Below are positions 15,060 to 22,571 of a stretch of 64,000 bases of DNA, piece by piece. The notes beneath the pieces are model-generated. The model was not told where the DNA came from, did no database searches, and saw only the letters and a list, made by a program, of their open reading frames with translations. The stretch spans positions 236 to 64,235 of the forward strand of contig JBKPDY010000124.1 in assembly GCA_046728155.1 (NCBI GenBank), in the 5' to 3' direction. The first letter of the stretch is position 1; each line of letters starts with the position of its first letter. This DNA comes from Actinomycetota bacterium (GTDB taxonomy: Bacteria > Actinomycetota > Actinomycetes > Mycobacteriales > Micromonosporaceae). A program made the translations under genes and the position numbers.

Positions 15060-16069
15060 GGCCGCACCCCCATCGCGGTCAGGCCGGCCGCCTCGTCGAG
15101 GCCGAGCATGAGATTGGCGCACTGGATCGCCTGGCCGGCCGCGCCCTTGCCGAGGTTGTCCAGTGCGGACGCAACGATGATCCGCCCGGAGTCGAGGTCG
15201 ACGCCGGCCTGCAGGTGACACGCGTTGGACCCCAGGGTCGCACTCGTGCGCGGCCAGACCCCGTCGGGCAGCACCCGTACGAACGGCTCTCCGTCATACG
15301 CGTGGCGAAGCACCTGCCGCACGGCGGCGGCGTCCACAGTGGACCAAGCCGGACGGGCGGAGACCATAGCGAGGATCCCGCGCGGCATCGGAGCCAACGA
15401 CGGGGTGAAGGTGAGCGTCTGGGCGCCGGTCGCTTGCTTGATCTCGGGCGTGTGCTGGTGGGCGCCGACCTTGTACGTCGACAGGTCGCCCATCACCTCG
15501 CTGCCGAGCAGGTGCTCCTTCATCGTCCGGCCGGCCCCGGTCGTGCCGGACGCGGCGACCACGACCACGTCGTCGGCGCTGGCGAGTCCCGACGACAGCA
15601 TTGGAGCGAGGGCGAGGGTTATGGCGGCGGCGTAGCAGCCCGGGTTCGCGATCCGGGTGCTCGCGGCGATCTCGACCCGCTGGCCGGGCAGTTCGGGCAG
15701 GCCGTAGGTCCAGGCACCGGCGTGCGGGCCGCCGTAGTACCGCGTCCAGGCCGCGGGGTCCCGCAGGCGGTGATCGGCGCCGAGGTCGACGATGCGGACC
15801 GACGCGGGTAGCTCGCCGGCGATGGCCGCACTCTCGCCGTGCGGCAGCGCGAGGAAGGCCACATCGGCCTCGGCGAGGTCGGATGTGCCGGTCGCGGCGA
15901 AGGTCAGCCCCAGCGCGGCGAGGTGGGGGTGGACGGTCGCGACCGGCTGACCAGCGAGGGACCGCGCCGTGGCCACCATGATCTCGAAGTCGGGGTGACC
16001 GGCGACCAGCCGTAGCACCTCGCCGCCGGCGTAGCCGCTCGCTCCCACGACGGCGACGCGTACTCCCAT
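15056..16069 (-). CDS. argC: N-acetyl-gamma-glutamyl-phosphate reductase
   Basis: N-terminal GASGYAGGE NAD-binding motif and catalytic-Cys motif NPGCYA. GGAGG lies 7 nt upstream of the ATG. Confidence 0.95.
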   Translation of the reverse strand: MGVRVAVVGASGYAGGEVLRLVAGHPDFEIMVATARSLAGQPVATVHPHLAALGLTFAATGTSDLAEADVAFLALPHGESAAIAGELPASVRIVDLGADHRLRDPAAWTRYYGGPHAGAWTYGLPELPGQRVEIAASTRIANPGCYAAAITLALAPMLSSGLASADDVVVVAASGTTGAGRTMKEHLLGSEVMGDLSTYKVGAHQHTPEIKQATGAQTLTFTPSLAPMPRGILAMVSARPAWSTVDAAAVRQVLRHAYDGEPFVRVLPDGVWPRTSATLGSNACHLQAGVDLDSGRIIVASALDNLGKGAAGQAIQCANLMLGLDEAAGLTAMGVRP

Positions 16070-16079
16070 GATCCGACCT

Positions 16080-16097
16080 CCTGCATTTCTATGCAGG
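16080..16097. promoter_or_regulatory. ARG box (ArgR operator) candidate in the argC 5' region
   Basis: CCTGCAT-TTCT-ATGCAGG: 7-bp inverted arms containing the TGCAT-N4-ATGCA core of actinomycete ARG boxes. It lies 11-28 nt upstream of the argC ATG and overlaps its SD. Confidence 0.5.
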
Positions 16098-16190
16098 ATA
16101 CCGTATCAACATCCAGGCACCCGCTCCACCTGTTTCGGGGGATGGACGGCGGTCGGGTAGGGTCCGCAGGTCACCGTCTCCCCGGGAAGC

Positions 16191-16275
16191 TGATGACAAC
16201 GAGCCGGCATCGAGTGAGCATCGCGGGAGCGCCAGGCCCGCGGAGCGGAGCGAGCGCGGAGGCGAGCGGGCATGA
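16191..16275 (+). repeat. intercistronic repeat family, shortened copy C (termini only, no internal module)
   Basis: TGATGA-CAACGAGCCGGCATCGAGTGAGCATCGCGGGAGCGCCAGGCCCGCGGAGCGGAGCGAGCGCGGAGGCGAG-CGGGCATGA. It shares both termini with the copies at 32049-32237 and 60320-60490. Confidence 0.65.
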
Positions 16276-19252
16276 CGCGCGTATCGCCGTCCCTCGGGAC
16301 GAGCAGGTCCAACCCGCCACCGGCCGGCCGGCCGGCTGGCGCCGGCGGCTCCCCGACGCCATCACCGGCGCCGTTGTCCTGGCGATGATCGGTTTCGTCC
16401 TGGGCGGCATCGGCATCCAGCTCGCCGGCGTCCGTGTCCTGGCCGACACCAGCAGTCTGACCGTCTCCAGTGTCTATCGCGACGGCGGAATGCCGCAGAC
16501 GTCCTCGGGAACGCTTGGACTCAACGACACGATCGACGCCGCCACCCCGAACGAGGTGCTCTTCGGCACGGAGCTTCGCAATGGGGTCTTCGCCGACTGG
16601 AACCCGTACGCGTTGGGCGGCGCTCCGCTCGCCGCGACGCCGAACTTCGGCCTACTCTCGCCGCTGGCCGCACCCTTCTGGCTGTTGCCCGGTTGGCTGG
16701 CTCCGGCCTACGTCAAGCTGCTCGAATGCATCGTCGCCATCGGCGGCACGTACCTGTTCCTGCGGCGGTTGCGACTACGCCCGGCGGCCGCGTGTCTCGG
16801 CGGGACGATCTTCGCCTCAAGCGCCTTCATAGTGGCGTGGACCGGTTGGCCGCAGACGCGGACCGCCGTCGTGATCCCGGCCCTGTTCTGGTCATTGGAC
16901 CGGCTGGCTGAACGCCTGCGCTGGCGCGAGGCCGCGCTGGTTTCGCTCGCCGTGATGTGCCTGTTGCTCGGCGGCTTCCCGTCGGTCACCGGGTACGCCC
17001 TGCTGACCGGGGCGGCGTACCTGGCGGTACGTCTGCTCGCCCAGCGCCCACTGCGGTGGCCGGTGGTCGTGGCCCGGTCGGCCGCCGCCGCCGGTGCTGT
17101 CCTGGCCGGCATAGCGGCGACGGCCTGGCAGCTCGTCCCGTTCGCCCAGTACCTGGGCACCGCGCTGATCAGAGGGCGGGACCAGGTCTCCGGCCAGCAC
17201 ATCCCGGTCGAGGCTCTGCTGACCACGATCGCCCCGTACGCGCTGGGTACGGCGAGCGCCCGGAACGCGCCGACCTGGTTCGCGCCGGGAATCCTGGTAG
17301 AGGGCGAGTCGTACATCGGCGCGGCGGCGTTGGTGCTCGGGGTGGCGGCGGTGGCGCTCGCCGGACGGGCCCGGGCGTTACTGCCCCGTGGAGTCTGGTG
17401 GTTCCTCGTCGCCGCAACCCTCGGCTGGGGCGTGGTCATCTATCTCGGGGGGGCGCCGCTCGGGCTGCTGCAGCGGACCGGGTATCTCTTCTCGGACAAC
17501 TTCATCGGCCGGGCCCGGAGCATCCTCGGGCTGCTGGTCGCCGCGCTCGCCGCCGTCGGCTTCGAACTGCTCCTGCGCCGGCGGGAGGAGCACACCGTCA
17601 ACCCGCTGACCCGAGCCTCACGGGCGTACGGACTGGGCGTATGGCTCGCCGTCGCGAGCGGTGGCGCCGTCGTGTACCTCGTCGGGCGTCGGCTGGCCAC
17701 CGCCCGCGGAACCACGACCGTCTCGACGGCCGGGGCGGTCGGCCCCGACCAGGCCGTAAGTGATCTCACCGCGCTGAACCGACAACTGGCCATCGGTCTG
17801 CTCCTCGCCGCGCTGACCGGAGCCGCGGTTGCCTGGCTCTGGTTCGGCCGACAAGACGGGCTCGGCCGGCGCCGGCGGGCGCTCGTCACCGCCGCCGTGG
17901 TCCTCATCCCCGCCCTGGTCGCCGGCCAAGCGCTCGCGTGGGTACTGAGCTACTACCCACACTCGAAACGGGCGAACTTCTACCCCACCAACGCGGTACA
18001 CGACTACCTCGCCGCACACCTGGGGCACGAACGGTTCTACGGGACCGCCGGAGCGATCTACGGCAGCCTCGAGACCATCCACGGCCTGCGCCAGTTCCAC
18101 GGGCACGGATTCATGGAGCAGGAGTACGGCGAGCTTGCCGACGCTCTGCCCGGTCGCCAGTTCCCGCCCCCACCGAGACCGGCCACCATCATCGTCGGCG
18201 AGTCGGGCGACGCGGCCGAGGCCGTTGCACACAGCCCGATCCTGGATCGCGCCTCGGTTACCGAATACATCGCGCCGCCGGAGGTGCAGCCCTTCGGCGA
18301 CCTGCACCCCACGCCGACGGACGGGTCGAACGTGACGCTGACGCTCGGCCACCCGGTCACTGTCGAGGTGCCCACAACCGGACCGCTGCGCGGGATCGGG
18401 ATCACGCCGACCGGTTCCGTCGGGCCGACACTGCGGCAACAGATCGACGTCGCGTTGCGCGACGCCGACGGCACGCTCGTGGCCGAGGCGTCGCGAGTGG
18501 ACCGGGAGGTCGCCGCGGGTGTGCCGTTCGTGGTACCGCTCGCCGCGGACACCCTCGGCGGTTCCCTATCTACCGCCGGTCCGCAACTCACCGCGAACAC
18601 GCGACTTACCGCCACGATCACGCTGAAGGGGTTCTCGCTCGTCGGGGCTCCGCCGGCCCCGCCACCACGGCCATGGACGATCGCCGCCCGCCAGGGGACG
18701 CCGGCCATCACCGTGGTGACGCCGAGGCCGAACGACGGCCTGCGGCTGGCGTTCGACGGCCAATCGGTGATCTACCACCGCACGACCGCCCTTCCCCGGG
18801 CCCGGTGGGCGTCGTCCACTGTGGTCGTACCCGACGCACCCGCGCGGCTGAAGGTGCTCGCGTCCGGGAGGCTCACGCCGGACCAGGTCGTGCTGAACTC
18901 CCCGGGCGCACCGGCCGAGGGCCAACCCGCCACAGTGGACTGGATGGACGACGACCTGGACGAGTTGTCATTGCGCGTCGATGCCCACGGCGCCGGGTAC
19001 GTCGTCGTCGCGGACGCCATCCAGCACGGCTGGAAGGCCACAGTGGACGGTCACCCGGCCGCCATCGTGCCGGCCGATCACGCCTTCGCCGCCGTATCGG
19101 TACCGGCCGGCCGGCACACGGTCCGGTTCGTCTACGCCCCGGCCCGCGAATCGCTAGGGGTGGCCATCACCCTGGTCACTGTGCTGGGCCTGCTACTGGC
19201 GGCCGGCATCGAGTGGCGGCGGGAGCGTGCGCGGCGCAGCCGCCGCGGCTGA
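16193..19252 (+). CDS. YfhO-like GT-C family membrane glycosyltransferase (large polytopic protein with an extracytoplasmic C-terminal domain)
   Basis: From ORF 16091..19252. Many TM helices in the first ~600 aa. WNPYALGGAPLAATPNFGLLSP motif after TM1. C-terminal HTVRFVYAPARESLGVAITLVTVLGLLL anchor resembles YfhO-family ends. The start is uncertain: the 16091 ATG lies inside the ARG box, and the 16193 ATG is the left-junction ATG of repeat copy C. Confidence 0.6.
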   Translation: MTTSRHRVSIAGAPGPRSGASAEASGHDARIAVPRDEQVQPATGRPAGWRRRLPDAITGAVVLAMIGFVLGGIGIQLAGVRVLADTSSLTVSSVYRDGGMPQTSSGTLGLNDTIDAATPNEVLFGTELRNGVFADWNPYALGGAPLAATPNFGLLSPLAAPFWLLPGWLAPAYVKLLECIVAIGGTYLFLRRLRLRPAAACLGGTIFASSAFIVAWTGWPQTRTAVVIPALFWSLDRLAERLRWREAALVSLAVMCLLLGGFPSVTGYALLTGAAYLAVRLLAQRPLRWPVVVARSAAAAGAVLAGIAATAWQLVPFAQYLGTALIRGRDQVSGQHIPVEALLTTIAPYALGTASARNAPTWFAPGILVEGESYIGAAALVLGVAAVALAGRARALLPRGVWWFLVAATLGWGVVIYLGGAPLGLLQRTGYLFSDNFIGRARSILGLLVAALAAVGFELLLRRREEHTVNPLTRASRAYGLGVWLAVASGGAVVYLVGRRLATARGTTTVSTAGAVGPDQAVSDLTALNRQLAIGLLLAALTGAAVAWLWFGRQDGLGRRRRALVTAAVVLIPALVAGQALAWVLSYYPHSKRANFYPTNAVHDYLAAHLGHERFYGTAGAIYGSLETIHGLRQFHGHGFMEQEYGELADALPGRQFPPPPRPATIIVGESGDAAEAVAHSPILDRASVTEYIAPPEVQPFGDLHPTPTDGSNVTLTLGHPVTVEVPTTGPLRGIGITPTGSVGPTLRQQIDVALRDADGTLVAEASRVDREVAAGVPFVVPLAADTLGGSLSTAGPQLTANTRLTATITLKGFSLVGAPPAPPPRPWTIAARQGTPAITVVTPRPNDGLRLAFDGQSVIYHRTTALPRARWASSTVVVPDAPARLKVLASGRLTPDQVVLNSPGAPAEGQPATVDWMDDDLDELSLRVDAHGAGYVVVADAIQHGWKATVDGHPAAIVPADHAFAAVSVPAGRHTVRFVYAPARESLGVAITLVTVLGLLLAAGIEWRRERARRSRRG

Positions 19253-19346
19253 GGCTGCTGATTCGCGAGATTGTGTCATTCGGAGTCCCCTATGGCGGAC
19301 CGGAGACTCCCCAGCCGCGGGGCAGGCCGCTCACGGGCGCGGCGGG

Positions 19347-20384
19347 TCAGAGGCGGCCGGCCTCGACCGCGGCGGTCACCCACGGGATGACCTCGTCGAG
19401 CATCTCGTCCAGAGTGGTAGTGGCCTCGAAGCCGAGCATCTCGCGGGCCTTCGCGACATCCGGCACGCGATTCTGCACGTCGTACTCGTACGGCTCGTCG
19501 GAGACCACCGAGAACGGCGCGTCTCCCTTGATCTTGCGCCAGATCAGCTCGGCCAGTTCGAGCACCGTCGTGGACTCGGTCGTGGAGATGTTGAAGTCCT
19601 CGTTGAGGGCGCGCTCGTGCTCCATGGCCACGGCGATCCCCCGGGCGAGGTCGCCGCCGTAGGTGTAGTGGCGCACCTGGTTTCCCGCACCGAGGATGTG
19701 CAACGGCTCCTGGCCCTTGACGACCTTCTGGACGAGGTCGGGGACGACGTGCGACATGGCGAGCGTGACGTTTCCGGAGAGGACCTCGACGTCGCCGAGC
19801 GCACGCCCTTCGCCCACCCCGACGCAGTTGAACGGGCGCACGATGGTGAACGGCAGCTGGTACTGGTCCCACGCGGCCCGGGCGAAGTACTCGACCGCCA
19901 GCTTCTGAAACCCGTACGACGACATGGGCGGTGGGATACGGCGCTCGTCGCCCTCCGTCGAGGGAAAGCTTCTCGCGGACTCGAAGACCATCGAGGACGA
20001 CAGGTAGGTCATCTTCCGCAGCCGGCCACTTCGGTGTGCCTCGATCGCCGCGTCGCACGACGCGGCCATGATCCGTTCGTTGGTGGCGAGCAGGTCATAG
20101 GCGTACGCGTGGAAGTACGAGATGCCCCCGATCATCGCGGCGCCGGCGATGAAGTGGTCGCAGTCGACCAGCAGCTTGGTGAGGAGCTCGGCATCGCGGG
20201 CGTCACCCTCGACGAAGTGGTACCGGGGGTCGCCGTCGTAGGAGTGGTTGACCTGGCCGTACTTGGAGAAGTTGTCGAGGCCGACCACCTCGTGTCCCCT
20301 TGAGAGCAGCTCGGCCACGACGTAACCGCCGATGAACCCGGCCGAACCGGTGATGAGAACCTTCGACACCGTAACCCTCGACAC
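19347..20384 (-). CDS. NAD-dependent nucleotide-sugar epimerase/dehydratase (extended SDR)
   Basis: Rossmann motif ITGSAGFIGGY and catalytic YxxxK (SSYGFQK). 345 aa. Confidence 0.85.
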   Translation of the reverse strand: MSRVTVSKVLITGSAGFIGGYVVAELLSRGHEVVGLDNFSKYGQVNHSYDGDPRYHFVEGDARDAELLTKLLVDCDHFIAGAAMIGGISYFHAYAYDLLATNERIMAASCDAAIEAHRSGRLRKMTYLSSSMVFESARSFPSTEGDERRIPPPMSSYGFQKLAVEYFARAAWDQYQLPFTIVRPFNCVGVGEGRALGDVEVLSGNVTLAMSHVVPDLVQKVVKGQEPLHILGAGNQVRHYTYGGDLARGIAVAMEHERALNEDFNISTTESTTVLELAELIWRKIKGDAPFSVVSDEPYEYDVQNRVPDVAKAREMLGFEATTTLDEMLDEVIPWVTAAVEAGRL

Positions 20385-21164
20385 CTAACCTTCCACTGTG
20401 GAGTGTTCGGGCGCGGCGTGCTTGGCACGCCATGCCGTGAGCTGTTCCAGCGTCATCCGTCGACCGTACGCGAAGCGGTACCAGCGCAGATACGCGGGGA
20501 GCCACTTCGAGATCTTGAAGTTGGAGGCACCGAATGCCCGGTCCAGCCAGATCGTCGGAATCTCGGCGACCGGACGGCGCAACCGGCGCGCCTTGGCGGT
20601 CAGCTCGAGTCCGATCTCGAACCCGGCCCGGCTGTCGATGCCGACCTCGCGCACGAACGTCGTCGAGTAAGCCTTGAAGCTGTTGGTCGCGTCACGGGTC
20701 CCGACCCGGGTGAACGTATGTAGCGATCGCCCGGCCAGCCGCGAGAGCAGCCGCTTCAAAGGCGGGCCGCCGACCTGTTGGCCACCGGGCATGTAGCGCG
20801 ACGCGGCCGCCACCACCACGCCGCGCTCGACCAGCCGGGCCAGGTCGTCGATCTGGCGCGGGTCGTCCGATCCGTCGGCCATGGTGACCACCGCCACCGG
20901 GGCCAGCGCGGACTCGATCCCGAACCGGATCGCGTTCGCCGGCCCGCGCCCGTACGTATTGAGCACCGTGCGCACGCGTTCGTCCTGTTCACCGATCTTG
21001 CGGGCGTACGGGAGGGTCGTGTCGTCCTCGGTGTCGTGCACGACCAGGACCTCGCTCGGCAGCTGGACCTCGCGCAGGATCCGCTCGAGGCACGCCACGA
21101 TCGCGCTGCCCTCGTTGTAGACCGGGATGACGACGGAGACGACGACCTCGCGGGTCGGGGTCAC
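20385..21164 (-). CDS. family-2 glycosyltransferase, polyprenyl-phosphate sugar synthase-like (DPM1/Ppm1 type)
   Basis: From ORF 20385..21725. VVIPVYNEG, the HDTEDD/ADGSDD acidic motifs and a soluble size of ~259 aa. Start trimmed to the GTG overlapping the dehydrogenase stop (GTGA). Confidence 0.8.
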   Translation of the reverse strand: MTPTREVVVSVVIPVYNEGSAIVACLERILREVQLPSEVLVVHDTEDDTTLPYARKIGEQDERVRTVLNTYGRGPANAIRFGIESALAPVAVVTMADGSDDPRQIDDLARLVERGVVVAAASRYMPGGQQVGGPPLKRLLSRLAGRSLHTFTRVGTRDATNSFKAYSTTFVREVGIDSRAGFEIGLELTAKARRLRRPVAEIPTIWLDRAFGASNFKISKWLPAYLRWYRFAYGRRMTLEQLTAWRAKHAAPEHSTVEG

Positions 21165-22372
21165 ACGAGCACCCCCCGGCCGGTGATGCCCCAGATGTCG
21201 GCGACCGCCTTGTCGGTCACCAGATCGCGGTACTCCGGATGCGGGGCGCCGATGATGATGAGATCGGCTCGCGTCAGTACCTCGTCCATCGGGACGAAGC
21301 GTTCGTCCACAATGTACGGATCGGAGCAGAGCGTCTCCCTCGCCTTCATGAAGAGGATCTTCCGCAACTTGTATGCCAGGCTCTCGCGTGGGTCGTCGCT
21401 GCCACCCTTGAAGGCCATCCCGAGCACCCCGACGGTGAGGTCGGCGAGGTCGTACCTGGCTTCCAGGCGGGATACGACATACAGCGGCAAGCCCTCGTTG
21501 ATGAGCATCGCCGAGTGCCCCAGGACGAAGTTGTTGTTGTTGAAGGCGGCCAGCTGCATCGTGTCCTTGAACAGGCATGGTCCGGCGGCGAAGCCGGGGC
21601 CGGGCATGTCGGCGGCGCGGGGGTACTCGTAGGTGATCGCGTGCCGGACCCGCTCGAAGTCGAGGCCGAAGTCGTTGGCCATCATCCAGAACTGGTTCGC
21701 CGCAGCGAACTTGATGTACCGCCACGTGTTGGTGAACAGCTTGGCCAGCTCCGCCTCCTCCGGAGAGAGCTGGACGATGTCGTCGGTGAGGTTGCGGAAC
21801 AGCTTCTCGGCCCGGCCGAGCGCGCGATCGCTGCGGCCCGAGACGATCTGCGGCAGGTCGAACAGCTCCGTCATCGCCCGACCCTCGGCGATGCGCTCGG
21901 GGCAGAAGGCGACGTCGACGTGGAGCTTCTTGCGGGCCAGCAGTTTCTCCGTCAACGCCGTGACGCCGGGGTGGATCGTGCTGCGCAGGATCAGCAGCTG
22001 GCCGTCCTGGAGATGCTCTGCGCAGCGCTCGATCGCGTTGGGCACTGCGGCAAGGTTCGGGTTGAGATGCTCGTCGACGGGGGTACCCACGACCACGATG
22101 ATGTGCTCGGCCGTTCGTACGCTCGCCGGGTCGGTGGTGGCGATGAGGCGCCCCTCCCGCACCGCCGCCGCCAATGGATCGCCGGCCCCGTGCTCGGTGA
22201 AGGGCAGCCGGGCCGAGTTGACCACGTCGACTGCCGCGCCGTTGATGTCGTAAAGGGCGACGGCCAGCCCGCGGGAGGCGAACGCGACGCCCAGCGGGAG
22301 GCCGACCCGCCCGCAGCCGCCGATGATCACCACGTCGCGCGAAAAGGGGCCCGCAGTGACGTCGTCAGCCAT
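21161..22372 (-). CDS. nucleotide-sugar dehydrogenase (UDP-glucose/GDP-mannose dehydrogenase family)
   Basis: N-terminal IIGGCGRVGLPLG Rossmann motif and catalytic-Cys region AAGPCLFKDT. 403 aa. Confidence 0.85.
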   Translation of the reverse strand: MADDVTAGPFSRDVVIIGGCGRVGLPLGVAFASRGLAVALYDINGAAVDVVNSARLPFTEHGAGDPLAAAVREGRLIATTDPASVRTAEHIIVVVGTPVDEHLNPNLAAVPNAIERCAEHLQDGQLLILRSTIHPGVTALTEKLLARKKLHVDVAFCPERIAEGRAMTELFDLPQIVSGRSDRALGRAEKLFRNLTDDIVQLSPEEAELAKLFTNTWRYIKFAAANQFWMMANDFGLDFERVRHAITYEYPRAADMPGPGFAAGPCLFKDTMQLAAFNNNNFVLGHSAMLINEGLPLYVVSRLEARYDLADLTVGVLGMAFKGGSDDPRESLAYKLRKILFMKARETLCSDPYIVDERFVPMDEVLTRADLIIIGAPHPEYRDLVTDKAVADIWGITGRGVLV

Positions 22373-22571
22373 GTCGTCTCCACTCTCCCGGCGCCACCGA
22401 GGCAGGCGCCAACATCCGCGGGGCGGGGCCCGTCGGCGAAAGGATAGCGAAGGACGACCGGCGCCACGGGACAGTGCCCTAACTTCGGCAACCGTATCGG
22501 CTGGTCAGTCCGCATGCCGACAGTAACCGGAGGGATGACCCGTCCGGGTGCCAACTCCTCGCACGCGCGTC

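Noticed and set aside
16091-16192. ATG 16091 as the start of the YfhO-like gene.
   Set aside because: This ATG sits inside the argC ARG-box palindrome, 22 nt from the argC start codon. The first 34 codons have no SD. I therefore prefer 16193, but this is unresolved without experimental data.
19253-19346. Convergent-gene spacer between the YfhO-like gene and the epimerase, checked for a terminator.
   Set aside because: Only a weak 6-bp GGAGTC/GACTCC pairing with a long loop is present. This is not enough to annotate.
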